The notes under the pieces are model-generated. The model was not told the DNA's origin. It searched no databases and saw only the letters and a program-made list of their open reading frames with translations. Shown here piece by piece: positions 30,390 through 40,619 of a stretch of DNA of 64,000 bases (the first letter of the stretch is position 1; each line of letters starts with the position of its first letter). Source of the DNA: an uncultured Poribacteria bacterium (GTDB lineage: Bacteria > Poribacteria > WGA-4E > WGA-3G); the NCBI GenBank assembly GCA_958296135.2, contig CATQHZ020000001.1, positions 1,376,001 to 1,440,000 on the forward strand, in the 5' to 3' direction. The translations under genes and the position numbers were made by a program.

Positions 30390-30504
30390 TGTTAATTCTC
30401 CTTGCGGCAATCTGGCGGATACAGATTCGCCGAGGCTGAACCGCGAAAGGGTGGTTCGTGCTGAAGCGGAGGAATGATGGGCATCGCATGCGGTGTCATA
30501 TCGC

Positions 30505-32784
30505 TTAGGACATCGATTGCATCCGTTCCGCAAGATGACTATTCCGTTCCATCACCTGATTGTTGCGGATACATAAGCCGAGTGCTTGTCGCGTGCCGAC
30601 AAGCACCACCCGCTCCTTTGCCCGCGTGATGCCGGTGTAAAGTAGATTCCGTTGCAACATGAGATAGTGTTGCGTGTGCAACGGAATTACCACGGCGGGG
30701 TATTCGCTACCTTGTGCTTTGTGGATAGTCGTTGCATACGCCAAGACGAGTTCTCCCAGGTCTGCCATATCGTAATCAACGCGTTTGTCTGGAAATTGGA
30801 GTAGCACCTTCTTATCAACTGAGTTGATACTGGCAATCCTACCGATGTCGCCGTTGAACACCTCATAATTGTAGTTGTTGCGGACTTGCATTACCTTATC
30901 GCCGACGCGGAACGCTTGCCATCCACGGAGTGCCTCGGGATTAGTTTTTCTTGCGGATTCGGGACCCGAGGTCCCTCCTACTGGGTTCAGCACCTCCTGG
31001 AGCCGTTTGTTGAGGTTTTCGGAACCGAGGGTGCCGCGCCGCATCGGGCACAGCAGCTGGATATCGTCCATCGGATGGTAGTTGTAGTGCCGCGGCAAGC
31101 GTTCCGAAATCAGGGAGCAGATGAGTTCTGCTGCCTCCTCCGGGTTGGCCTCCTCAATAAAAAAGAAGTTTCTATCTGTAGGCCCCGTGAGCTGCGGAAA
31201 TTCTCCCGTGTTAATCCGATGTGCGTTTGTGACAATCAGGCTCTGCTGTGCTTGGCGGAAGATTTCTGTCAGTTTAATCACCGGTATCTTTTGAGAATCG
31301 ATAAGCGCGCGCAGCACGTTGCCCGCGCCGACAGAGGGCAGCTGATCTGTGTCGCCTATCAGAATGAGGGTGGTACTCGGGCGCATCGCCTGCATGAAAC
31401 GGTTCATCAGCACCAAATCTACCATGGACATCTCGTCTACAATCACCACGTCGGCTTCCAGCGGGTTGCGCCGGTTGCGTTTGAATCCGTTTTCTTGCGG
31501 CGAAAATTCCAATAGGCGATGTATCGTCTTTGCCTCGCGCCCGGTTGTTTCGCTGAGCCGTTTGGCGGCGCGCCCGGTCGGTGCTGTCAAGGCGATGCGT
31601 CTGCCTTCTGCTTCAAACAGCCGAATCATGCCGACGGTGGTAGTGGTTTTGCCGGTGCCGGGGCCGCCTGTGAGAATCATCGCCTGTTCGGAGAGCGCGG
31701 TGTGAATTGCTGCGCGTTGCTGCGGCGCGAAGTGGATGCGCATTTCTGCCTCTAACTGCCGTAACGATGCATCAATGTGGAGTGGCGAGTCGTGTTCGCG
31801 ATGCCGATGGGATAGCATGCGCGCAAACTGGTTCGCGACCCCTAATTCGGCGTAGTAGAAAGGCGCGAGGTAGACAGCATCGGCAGCCCCTGCGGTAGGC
31901 GCGGTTTGTAACGCCTCGTCCTTGACAATGGGGGTAACCAATTCCTCTGTTCCCGGTGAACGCGGAGGTTCACGCCTCTTATCTGGTAGGATAATTTCCT
32001 CTTTTTCAGCAAGTGCAATGATGCCTGTCTCAATTGCGTCCGGTTCCTGTTCAAGAATTTTTTGGCATGCTTCAATCAACTCGGTGCGATGTTGGAAGAC
32101 ATGTCCCTCATCCGCTTTTTGACTCAGCACGTATTTGATGCCTGCCTGCACGCGGTGCGGCGCGTTCTTCTCCATGCCAAGTTTCTGTGCAATCGTATCT
32201 GCGGTGACAAACCCAATGCCGTAAATGTCATCGGCGAGACGATAGGGGTTTTCGGTGACAATCGGAATCGCTTCATTTTCGTAGGTTTTGTAAATCTTGG
32301 CGGCGTGCGCTGTGCTGACATCGTGCGATTGCAAGAAGAGCATGACATTTTTAATCTCGCGCTGTGCCTCCCACGCCTGCTGAATCCTCTTGACGCGTTT
32401 CTTACCGATGCCGGGGATACGTGCCAGTTTTTCCGGAGTCTGCTCGATTACATCCATCGTATCCATACCGAACTTGTTGACAATCCGCGCCGCCATTTTT
32501 GGGCCGATACCCTTGATGAGCCCAGAACCGAGGTATTTCCTCAACCCGACAATATTGGCTGGCAAGATAGTCTCGGAACGCTCGATTTTGAACTGTCTGC
32601 CGTATCGGGTAGTATTTACCCACGTGCCTTGCAAAATCAGGCTTTCACCGGGGTTCACAGCGGCTAAGTTCCCGACGACGGTGAGTTGTTCTGGATGCCC
32701 GCGCGCGAAAAATCTGCCGACGGTGTAGCCGGTGTCTGGGTTTTCAAAAACAATGCGTTCAAGAATGCCGTGAAGCGTGTCCAT
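30505..32784 (-). CDS. recD2: ATP-dependent RecD-like DNA helicase
   Basis: HhH region; GGPGTGKTT; DEMSM; GDTDQLPSVG; HKAQGSE; YTGITRA. Confidence 0.95.
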   Translation of the reverse strand: MDTLHGILERIVFENPDTGYTVGRFFARGHPEQLTVVGNLAAVNPGESLILQGTWVNTTRYGRQFKIERSETILPANIVGLRKYLGSGLIKGIGPKMAARIVNKFGMDTMDVIEQTPEKLARIPGIGKKRVKRIQQAWEAQREIKNVMLFLQSHDVSTAHAAKIYKTYENEAIPIVTENPYRLADDIYGIGFVTADTIAQKLGMEKNAPHRVQAGIKYVLSQKADEGHVFQHRTELIEACQKILEQEPDAIETGIIALAEKEEIILPDKRREPPRSPGTEELVTPIVKDEALQTAPTAGAADAVYLAPFYYAELGVANQFARMLSHRHREHDSPLHIDASLRQLEAEMRIHFAPQQRAAIHTALSEQAMILTGGPGTGKTTTTVGMIRLFEAEGRRIALTAPTGRAAKRLSETTGREAKTIHRLLEFSPQENGFKRNRRNPLEADVVIVDEMSMVDLVLMNRFMQAMRPSTTLILIGDTDQLPSVGAGNVLRALIDSQKIPVIKLTEIFRQAQQSLIVTNAHRINTGEFPQLTGPTDRNFFFIEEANPEEAAELICSLISERLPRHYNYHPMDDIQLLCPMRRGTLGSENLNKRLQEVLNPVGGTSGPESARKTNPEALRGWQAFRVGDKVMQVRNNYNYEVFNGDIGRIASINSVDKKVLLQFPDKRVDYDMADLGELVLAYATTIHKAQGSEYPAVVIPLHTQHYLMLQRNLLYTGITRAKERVVLVGTRQALGLCIRNNQVMERNSHLAERMQSMS

Positions 32785-32801
32785 CTCTGTTTTCCACCGA
32801 T

Positions 32802-33368
32802 TTAGGTTGGGCTCTCAAAAATTTGCGCGACCGGACAAGAGAATCCCTCAACGATATCCTCACCGGTGAGTCTATCTCCAAGTGTGAGGAGTTTGAAGTC
32901 CCTATCGGGACGATAAACTGCGACGGTTTGCAGCACCGGATCGATTACCCAGACCATCTGCGTGCCGGCATCTAGGTAGGCTTGCACCTTCTCTGACACG
33001 CGCATCAGTGAATCTGAGGGTGAAGATATCTCCACCGCCAAGTCCGGCGGAACCGGGGAGTTTTGCCGTCTGTTCTCTGGCAGTCGCGCTTTTGAAACAA
33101 ACGCGACATCCGGTTTCACCGCGCGTTCGCCTAGTTTGAAGGTTGTCTCCGCGGTATACAACGCTCCGAGTTGCTTGTCGCGGACATGCGAACCTAACGG
33201 CAAAATGATGTTGACGCTTATCTCGCCGTGTTCCATTGTCGGTGGTGACATCGGCACTAATTCTCCATTGATGTATTCATACCCCTCTAAATCGTTCGCG
33301 AGAAATTCGTCCAGCGTCATAGGGGGCGGCACTTCTTGCGCGAAGTGGTTGCGTTCGGTTGCGTTCAT
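32802..33368 (-). CDS. Uma2 family endonuclease
   Basis: PDVAF; PDLAVEISSP; YLDAG..VWVIDP. RBS GGAGG precedes ATG 33368. Confidence 0.9.
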   Translation of the reverse strand: MNATERNHFAQEVPPPMTLDEFLANDLEGYEYINGELVPMSPPTMEHGEISVNIILPLGSHVRDKQLGALYTAETTFKLGERAVKPDVAFVSKARLPENRRQNSPVPPDLAVEISSPSDSLMRVSEKVQAYLDAGTQMVWVIDPVLQTVAVYRPDRDFKLLTLGDRLTGEDIVEGFSCPVAQIFESPT

Positions 33369-33443
33369 TGTCGCGTTCCTCCGCATTATTGGGTGTTCAA
33401 GTTATTACCATAATACCGCATTTCCGAATGAAAATCAACCCAT

Positions 33444-33472
33444 TTGACAAAAAAACCGACTATCGTTAAAAT
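33444..33472 (+). promoter_or_regulatory. Sigma70-type promoter
   Basis: TTGACA-N17-TAAAAT upstream of the ATG at 33508. Confidence 0.7.
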
Positions 33473-33507
33473 GGCAGCAAATTTTTAGCATTCCGAGAGG
33501 AAAAACG

Positions 33508-34134
33508 ATGATTCACACACCCCCCGAATCTGCAGTGGTTCTCTTTAACGGCAGTGACTTGGGCAATTGGACTAGCCGGGATGGCGGCGCGCCCGGCTGG
33601 GCAGTGGAAGATGGCGTAATGGCTGTCGTCCCGCGCACCGGCGATATTATGACGATGGAACGGTTTACCGACCATTTCCTGCATCTTGAATTTATGACAC
33701 CCGATATGCCCGAAGCGAGTGGACAAGCGAAGGGCAACAGCGGCGTGTTTCTGCAGGGCCGGTATGAAATCCAGGTCTTGGATTCATACGGGATTGAAGT
33801 GCCGGGCATGGGCGATTGCGGTGCGATTTACAACCAATTCGCGCCGCTTGTCAACGCCTGCAAGCCCCCGTTGGAGTGGCAGACCTACGATGTCATTTTC
33901 CGCGCGCCGCGCTTCAACGATGATGGTGAAGTGGTTGAAAACACGCGCGTGACGGTGCTGCAAAACGGCCTCGTCATCCTCAACAACGTCATCTTGTCCG
34001 GTACAACGGGCGCGAACATTGGCGGCGGCGTTGGAGAACCGGGACCGCTGTTGCTCCAAGACCACGGTAACCTCGTGAAGTTCCGGAACATCTGGGCGGT
34101 TCCGTTGCCCCTGGAAGGTTCGGATAAATACTAA
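33508..34134 (+). CDS. DUF1080 / 3-keto-disaccharide hydrolase family
   Basis: LFNG; GNSGVFL; YEIQVLD; LQDHG..FRNIW. Confidence 0.9.
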   Translation: MIHTPPESAVVLFNGSDLGNWTSRDGGAPGWAVEDGVMAVVPRTGDIMTMERFTDHFLHLEFMTPDMPEASGQAKGNSGVFLQGRYEIQVLDSYGIEVPGMGDCGAIYNQFAPLVNACKPPLEWQTYDVIFRAPRFNDDGEVVENTRVTVLQNGLVILNNVILSGTTGANIGGGVGEPGPLLLQDHGNLVKFRNIWAVPLPLEGSDKY

Positions 34135-34279
34135 TCCCGTTTGTCGGTTTTGTAAGGGCGGCTGTCTCTATCCGCCTGTCATCGTCTTTTGTGAAGGCGA
34201 ATGTATTATACCAAATTAACTTGACTCTGTAAGGGCGGATTTCTATATCCGCCCGCTTTTTGGAATGTGGAGGAATCTC

Positions 34280-35230
34280 ATGGCACATCAGGCTTTACCG
34301 ACACTCCCTCGGCGGCGTTTAGGAAGGACCGGATTAAGCATCCCGGTTATTCCGTTCGGCACGCAAGGCTTTGGCAACAACTTCGGGTTTGTTTCGGATG
34401 AGGATGCGGTGGCACTCGTCAAACACGCCGTGTCTATCGGTGTCAACCATTTCGATTGCGCGCGCTGTTATGGCGATTCGATGCGGAAACTGGGCTTGGC
34501 ACTCCAAGAAATCCCGCGCGAAGATGTCATTATTACCGCGCGACTCTGCTGCCATTCTGCGGCGGAGTGGGGCGGCTACGGCCAAGGCAGACCGGATTAT
34601 TCCGCCGAGCGCGCGATTGCCGATCTGGAAAGTCAGTTAGAGTTGCTCGGCACGGATTACTTAGATGGGATGCTCATTCACGACCCGGGCGAGATCGATC
34701 CGACGCTAGAAAAAGGCGGAACATTGGCTGGGCTGCTGCAGTGCAAAGCGCGCGGCTTAGTCCGCTTCCTCGGTTACGGGATGCGTCCGCACGATTTTCA
34801 TTTGAAGGCGATGGCCACCGGCGATGTCGATCTTATCTTGTGCTTCAACGACTACAATCTTGTCCGCCAGACGGCTGTTGATGCTATCCTTCCTGCCGCC
34901 GCTGAAGCGGATATCGGTGTGATGAACGGCTGGTCGATCTTGCGCGGCATTCTGACAGGCGTTGACATTGATGCGCAAATCGCGAAGGGACGTTGGCGGA
35001 ACGATGGCGATGTGCCGCGCGCGCGCGAAATCTGGCAGTGGTGCCTCCAAGAAGATGTGAATTTGCTCCAGCTGGCGCTTCAATTCTGTCTACGCGAAGA
35101 GCGCATCCACGGCAATAATATCGGCAATCTCAACGTTGAGCAGCTTGAGGCGAACGTTCGTGCTGCGAGCGTACCCCTCCCGGAGGAGGTGTGGGAGAAG
35201 TACGAAGCACGGTTCGGTTGTCGTCCCTAG
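34280..35230 (+). CDS. Aldo/keto reductase
   Basis: RRLGRTGL; NHFDCARCYG; LGTDYLD..IHDP. Confidence 0.88.
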   Translation: MAHQALPTLPRRRLGRTGLSIPVIPFGTQGFGNNFGFVSDEDAVALVKHAVSIGVNHFDCARCYGDSMRKLGLALQEIPREDVIITARLCCHSAAEWGGYGQGRPDYSAERAIADLESQLELLGTDYLDGMLIHDPGEIDPTLEKGGTLAGLLQCKARGLVRFLGYGMRPHDFHLKAMATGDVDLILCFNDYNLVRQTAVDAILPAAAEADIGVMNGWSILRGILTGVDIDAQIAKGRWRNDGDVPRAREIWQWCLQEDVNLLQLALQFCLREERIHGNNIGNLNVEQLEANVRAASVPLPEEVWEKYEARFGCRP

Positions 35231-36414
35231 CGGTGGTTTGACGTTGTCTTGGCGGGGTTTCTGCTTTTATCGGGCTGAAAAGACGTTACGAAGCCGTTTC
35301 TTTCCTTCAACATCGGCATAAATTTATGATGCGCGCGCGGGAACGGGTATTGCTCAAGTTCCTCAAGCCGAATCCACTTTGCGTCTATCGGCCCGTTCAA
35401 CGCTACCTCGCCTGCCTGATAATCGCACTGAAAGACATCTACGACAATCTTGAAGTGGGTGAAAGCGTGTCGGACGCGGGTGAGGTATGTGAGATTTTCA
35501 ACGGCGAGGTTGACAGTCTCGGCTATGTGGCGGTGGCACGCCTCTTCAGCTGTTTCGCCTTCGGTGAGTCTGCCGCCTGGAAATTCCCAGAGCCCGCCGA
35601 GCAAACCATCTAGGGGCCGCTGCGTTATCAAGATTTCTCCTTGCGGTTCCTCCGATGATTCGGCCAAGCCCCCTTCGGAAACAGCGATTTTGTGAATAAC
35701 GCCGACAGCGAGGTGATATTCTGGAATCGGTTTCGCTTTCCGTCGGACAGGCACCTCGTCTTGGCGGGCTGTTTGGAACGCCTGACAGCAGGAATGCACC
35801 GGGCACACAATGCAGGTGGGTGATTGTGGGCGGCAGACTGTTGCTCCTAATTCCATCATCGCCTGATTGAAAGTCCCCGGTGCTTCTTGCGCGAGCAGTG
35901 CATCCGCCTTTTCCTGAAATCGCTTCGTGGCGGAGGCCTCGTTAATGGGTGTTTTCATGTAAAAGAGGCGCGCTAGCACGCGTTTGACGTTTCCATCGAC
36001 AGCGGCGTAAGGCGCGTTAAAGGCGATACTCTGCACGGCGGCGGCACTATAGTCCCCAACCCCCGGCAACTTTCGGAAAGCGGTGTAGTCGTTCGGTATT
36101 TTCCCATCCAATTCTGCGACGATAATTTTCGCCGCCTTGTGCAGGTTCCTGGCCCTGGTATAGTAGCCCAATCCTTCCCAAAGTTTCAGCACGGTTTGCA
36201 GCTCTGCTTCTGCGAGCTGCTGAACGGTGGGCAATCTATCAATGAATTTCTGATAGTATGCCATCACCTTTTTAACCTGCGTCTGCTGGAGCATTACCTC
36301 AGATACCCAGATATAGTAAGGGTTGCGGGTGTTCCGCCACGGCATCTCGCGCTGGTAGGTTTGGAACCAGTCCAACAGCGCGTTTTGAAAGTGAGGGTAG
36401 TCTTTTTTCGTCAT
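35227..36414 (-). CDS. mutY: A/G-specific adenine glycosylase
   Basis: WVSEVMLQQT; GLGYY; LPGVG; VDGNV; 4Fe-4S CxxxxxxCxxCxxxxxC; GLWEFPGG NUDIX-like tail. Confidence 0.95.
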   Translation of the reverse strand: MTKKDYPHFQNALLDWFQTYQREMPWRNTRNPYYIWVSEVMLQQTQVKKVMAYYQKFIDRLPTVQQLAEAELQTVLKLWEGLGYYTRARNLHKAAKIIVAELDGKIPNDYTAFRKLPGVGDYSAAAVQSIAFNAPYAAVDGNVKRVLARLFYMKTPINEASATKRFQEKADALLAQEAPGTFNQAMMELGATVCRPQSPTCIVCPVHSCCQAFQTARQDEVPVRRKAKPIPEYHLAVGVIHKIAVSEGGLAESSEEPQGEILITQRPLDGLLGGLWEFPGGRLTEGETAEEACHRHIAETVNLAVENLTYLTRVRHAFTHFKIVVDVFQCDYQAGEVALNGPIDAKWIRLEELEQYPFPRAHHKFMPMLKERNGFVTSFQPDKSRNPAKTTSNHR

Positions 36415-36475
36415 GTAGAATATCCGATCGGCGTGCTTTGGAAGCGCGATGGGCGGAAACCGTAGAAATCCGCCC

Positions 36476-37192
36476 TTACAAAGAGATTGCGATTCGGAAG
36501 CTAACGTTATGCACGGCGCGGATGGGTTCATAAGCGGCGCGATTTGCGCAACGGGCAGCAAATTCGCCTCGCGCCGCCCATGAGCCGCCTCTGATGACTT
36601 TCCTCCGCCCTTCAATTGGCCCCTGCGGATTTTCTGAAGGGGAGTATTGATAGGTTTGCGCGTGAAACCAGTCGCTGCACCAGGAATATGCATTTCCCGC
36701 CATATCGTGGCAACCGTAGGGACTGACTCCCTCTGGGTAGCTGCCGCCTGGCGTTAAACGTTTTAGACGCGCCTCTGAGGTATTTGCTTTGCCCTGTGTC
36801 CAGTCGTTTCCCCACGGGTATTCGCGTCCATCGGTGCCGCGCGCGGCCTTCTCCCATTCCGCTTCTGTCGGTAAACGATATGCCTCTCCGATGGTTGCGC
36901 GGAGCCATTCCAAAAAGTTCTCCGCATCATGCCAACTGATTCCGACGACAGGGCACGCTGCGCCATTGAAGCGTTCATCTCCCCAAAACAGCGGCTTGGG
37001 ATAGCCGGTGGCATCAACGAATTGCGCGTATTGTGCGTTCGTGACGTGATAGGTGCCGATGGCGTAAGCATCGAGTGTGACGCTGCGCTGGGGTTCCTCC
37101 GGGTCTGTCTTGCGCAATCCGGTGGGGTAGGTGCCCATTGTGAAGGGTCCGGCGGTGATTTGGGTGAGAGGGTAGTTGAGGGCTTCAATCAT
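36476..37192 (-). CDS. FGE-sulfatase (formylglycine-generating enzyme-like) domain protein
   Basis: RLPTEAEWEKAARG; DMAGN; RGGSW. Confidence 0.9.
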   Translation of the reverse strand: MIEALNYPLTQITAGPFTMGTYPTGLRKTDPEEPQRSVTLDAYAIGTYHVTNAQYAQFVDATGYPKPLFWGDERFNGAACPVVGISWHDAENFLEWLRATIGEAYRLPTEAEWEKAARGTDGREYPWGNDWTQGKANTSEARLKRLTPGGSYPEGVSPYGCHDMAGNAYSWCSDWFHAQTYQYSPSENPQGPIEGRRKVIRGGSWAARGEFAARCANRAAYEPIRAVHNVSFRIAISL

Positions 37193-37340
37193 AGCATTAG
37201 TATATCATATTTGTCTCTTTTTTTCGCGAAAAAAGCGAATTTTCTCATTTTTTTTATTATTTTTGGAAAAGAAGTGCATTTTATGCAACCTTAAAAAAGG
37301 AATCCTCTTTTTAGGTCCGCTGGGACCTAAAGAGTCGGAG

Positions 37341-38220
37341 CGCGCGGGGGCCTGTGCCTCGCGATCCTTCGATCGTCACGGAAACCGTCACTTTCACCGT
37401 AGGGCGAGGGCCGTTACGGTCACGTCTACAGTAAACGTGCGTGTGTCGCCCTGCGTAAACACGCTACCTTTAACGTTGTCCTCTCTGCCGCCTCGCTGCC
37501 GAGATGTCCACTGTCCCTCGCGATCCTTCGATCGTCACGGAAACCGTCACTTTCACCGTAGGGCGAGGGCCCGGCGATCGCGAATCGCCGAGGGTTTCCC
37601 TCGCGATCTCCCGACCTGAGCGGCAAACGGCTGCAGTCCAGCGGCCGCGTGTGCTTTCTGATGCGCGCCAGCATGGCGAGGGACAGGCCCTCGCCCTACG
37701 GTAAAAGGGGCCGCTTGTTGCCTGGCGAGGCACAAGACCTCGCCCTACGGTTTGAGAGGCGTATTTAGTCACCGTAGCGCGAGGGCCGTTACGCCGAAAC
37801 GTTGTCCTCTCTGCCGCCTCGCTGCCGAGATGTCCACTGTCCCTCGCGATCCTTCATCGAAACGGGAAATGCCACTTTCACCGTAGGGCGAGGGCCCGGC
37901 GATCTCGAATCGCCGAGGGTTTCCCTCGCGATCTCCCGACCTGAGCGGAAAACGGCTGCAGTCCAGCGGCCGCGTGTGCTTTCTGATGCGCGCCAGCATG
38001 GCGAGGCACAGGGCCTCGCCCTACGGTAAAAGGGGCCGCTTGTTGCATGGCGAGGCACAGGACCTCGCCCTACGGGAAAAGGGACGCTTAAGCACAGCGA
38101 TGCATCAAGACCGGGGGCATCGAGACCAGGAGGTCTCTCCTACCGGGAAGGAGGCGAGACCTATGAAGCATCGAGACCAGGATGTCTCTCCTACCGGGAA
38201 GGAGGCGAGCCCTCCGGGGG
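37341..38220. repeat. BIME-like cluster of GTAG-REP palindromes (families A and B)
   Basis: Multiple CGTAG(G/C)GCGAGGGCCTGTCCCTCGC variants and GGTAGGAGAGACCTCCTGGTCTCGATG copies in both orientations. Confidence 0.9.
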
Positions 38221-38228
38221 TTAGGGTC

Positions 38229-40574
38229 TTAAGGAGTAACAGCCCTCGCACAACGAAAACCGATGTCGTAGAACGTGCGCGTTGGCGTATCTTGGTTGCG
38301 ATTGGCGACGCGCAGGGACAGCGCGGCATTGTCCCAACTGCCACCCCGCAACACGCGGAAGCTGTCGGTCGGGAGACTTGTGAAGTTATCACGTAGCCCT
38401 TGGATTGTTGTCTCCCCACCAGCGATGGGATTCCGACTGTTATCAGAAACGAAGTAGAAATCCCCCTCATACGCATCCAGACACCACTCCTCCACATTGC
38501 CGGCCATGTCGTAGAGGCCGTAGCCGTTTGGTGGATCACTCCCAACGGGTGCGGTATCGCTGACCACGAAATTCCCCTCGTCGTCCCAGACCCCGTAGTT
38601 TGCATCGGCGAGGGTGATTGTGTCGCCCCAGGGATACTTCTTGCCTTCAAGTCCGCCGCGTGCGGCGTATTCCCACTCCGCCTCGGTTGGGAGGCGTTTG
38701 CCGGCCCAGTCTGCATACGCCATGGCAGCATACCAAGACACGTAGACCACGGGGTGGTTTGCCTTCCCCTCAGGATAGTCGTTCCCGTTCCAGTCATCAA
38801 GGTACTCGCCCTCGTGGAATTTGGCATCAATGTTGTCTTTTTGCCATTGTGGATTTGCGTCGACAAAGGCCTTGAACTGCGCGTTCGTGACTTCGTAGAC
38901 ATCCATGTAGAATGCGTCCAAGTGGACGGTATGCACGGGCTGTTCGTCACGAAACCAGTCAGCCTCCCAGCCTTCAGCTTCAAGAAGGTCAGCTTCGTCG
39001 GCGAGGTTGCTGCCCATCTGGAATGTGCCGGCGGGGATGAGGGCCATGCCTTCGGGCGTTGTTGTTTCTACCGGTGGCGTTTCCACGATAGGCGTAACGG
39101 TTCCCCTCGCACAACGAAAACCGCGGCCGCTGGACGTGCCCGTTGGCGTATCGAAGATGCGAATGGCGACACGCGGGATCTCCGCGGAATCGTTCCAACC
39201 GCCACCCCGCAACATGCGGTCTGACTCAACACTTGTGAAGTTATCAAGAATCCACTGGAGCGTCTTACCACCGGCGATGGGATTCCGACTGTTATCAGAA
39301 GTAACGTAGAAACCGGCATCCCATGCGTCAAGGCACCACTCCCACACGTTACCCGCCATGTCGTATAAGCCGTAGCTGTTTGGTGGATAACTCCCTACGG
39401 GTGCGGTATCGCCGACACCCTCCACGAAATCCCCCTCGTCCCAGACCCCGTAGTTTGCATCGGCGAGGGTGATTGTGTCGCCCCAGGGATAGTTCTGTCC
39501 CGCAAGTCCGCCGCGTGCGGCGTATTCCCACTCCGCCTCGGTTGGGAGGCGTTTGCCGGCCCAGTCTGCATACGCCACGGCGGCATACCAAGACACGTAG
39601 ACCACGGGGTGGTTTGCCTTCCCCTCAGGATAGTCGTTCCCGTTCCAGAGATGAAGGTAATTGCCATCGTGGAACGTGGCATCGATACTCTCCTTTTGCC
39701 AGTGTGGATTTGCGTCGACAAAGGCCTTGAACTGCGCGTTCGTGACTTCGTATTTGTCCATGTAGAATGCGTCTAAGTGGACGGTATGCACGGGCTCTTC
39801 GCGCTCCCACGCGCCCACGTTATTGTTACCCATTTGGAATGTGCCGGCGGGTATGAGCACCATGCCTTCGGGTGGTGTCGGTTGTGTGACTACGACAGGT
39901 GGCGTGCCGGTGCCGGTGCCGGGTGCCTCGCCGAGATGGCGTGCGACGAGCACCAAGTCGCTGACATTGACTTGGCCATCGCTATTGACATCTACCCGCG
40001 GATTTGCAGGCGCGCGCGAGCCGAGGCTTCGCGCCACGAGGACTAAGTCGCTGACGTTGACGGTTCCATCCTGATTGACATCCCAGGCGGCACCACTGCT
40101 TTTGGTAACCTGGCCGTTCACGGTAGTCACCGGCAGGTTCTGCCCGTTTACGTCCGGCAGTATGACGTTGCGTAGGCTCAGCGTTGAGGCTTTGGCGGCC
40201 CCGACGCGAAACGTCACCGTGGCGAGGGTGCCGCTGCTGTTCGTTGCGGCACTGCCCGCGGCGGCTGTCAGCTTCACGCGGTTACCAGACACCTGCGGTG
40301 CCGGGGCAAAGGCGCCTGCCGGTAAGTATGTCGCATTGGCTGCGGCGACATACGTCAATGCCGATGTATCAAATTCGACGGTGAGTTCATAGCCGGCAAT
40401 CCCGCGGCCGTAGCGGATTTGAATGTTGACTTCCAGCGTGCCCCCGGCAGCGGGCGATGCAACGGGAGAGGGACTTACGGAGACAACGGCTACGGCTTGT
40501 CCGTAACTCATTGCTGTTGCGCCGAGGCACAGGATGATGGTTAAAAGCCAAACGAGGCTTGTTCGGTTTTTCAT
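38229..40574 (-). CDS. Secreted cohesin-dockerin-(FGE/CLec)x2 protein, putative DGR target with two variable regions
   Basis: Signal peptide; cohesin-like YELTVEFD..SGTLATVTF; dockerin DVNQDG/DVNSDG; two RLPTEAEWEYAARGG domains, each ending in a variable RGGxW..GFRCAR segment. Confidence 0.9.
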   Translation of the reverse strand: MKNRTSLVWLLTIILCLGATAMSYGQAVAVVSVSPSPVASPAAGGTLEVNIQIRYGRGIAGYELTVEFDTSALTYVAAANATYLPAGAFAPAPQVSGNRVKLTAAAGSAATNSSGTLATVTFRVGAAKASTLSLRNVILPDVNGQNLPVTTVNGQVTKSSGAAWDVNQDGTVNVSDLVLVARSLGSRAPANPRVDVNSDGQVNVSDLVLVARHLGEAPGTGTGTPPVVVTQPTPPEGMVLIPAGTFQMGNNNVGAWEREEPVHTVHLDAFYMDKYEVTNAQFKAFVDANPHWQKESIDATFHDGNYLHLWNGNDYPEGKANHPVVYVSWYAAVAYADWAGKRLPTEAEWEYAARGGLAGQNYPWGDTITLADANYGVWDEGDFVEGVGDTAPVGSYPPNSYGLYDMAGNVWEWCLDAWDAGFYVTSDNSRNPIAGGKTLQWILDNFTSVESDRMLRGGGWNDSAEIPRVAIRIFDTPTGTSSGRGFRCARGTVTPIVETPPVETTTPEGMALIPAGTFQMGSNLADEADLLEAEGWEADWFRDEQPVHTVHLDAFYMDVYEVTNAQFKAFVDANPQWQKDNIDAKFHEGEYLDDWNGNDYPEGKANHPVVYVSWYAAMAYADWAGKRLPTEAEWEYAARGGLEGKKYPWGDTITLADANYGVWDDEGNFVVSDTAPVGSDPPNGYGLYDMAGNVEEWCLDAYEGDFYFVSDNSRNPIAGGETTIQGLRDNFTSLPTDSFRVLRGGSWDNAALSLRVANRNQDTPTRTFYDIGFRCARAVTP

Positions 40575-40619
40575 TGTAGTTTCTCCTTTTTTTATCGTGT
40601 GGGACGTATTTAGTCCCGT

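Noticed and set aside
36476-37192. Seventh DGR target
   Set aside because: It is an FGE domain, but it ends in VSFRIAISL, lacks the shared GGTTTTCGTTGTGCGAGG tail, and has no signal peptide, cohesin or dockerin.
37176-38396. Short ORFs with ARACPSP/GTGPRPT/GEGQALALR peptides
   Set aside because: These are translations of REP palindromes in all six frames, not genes.
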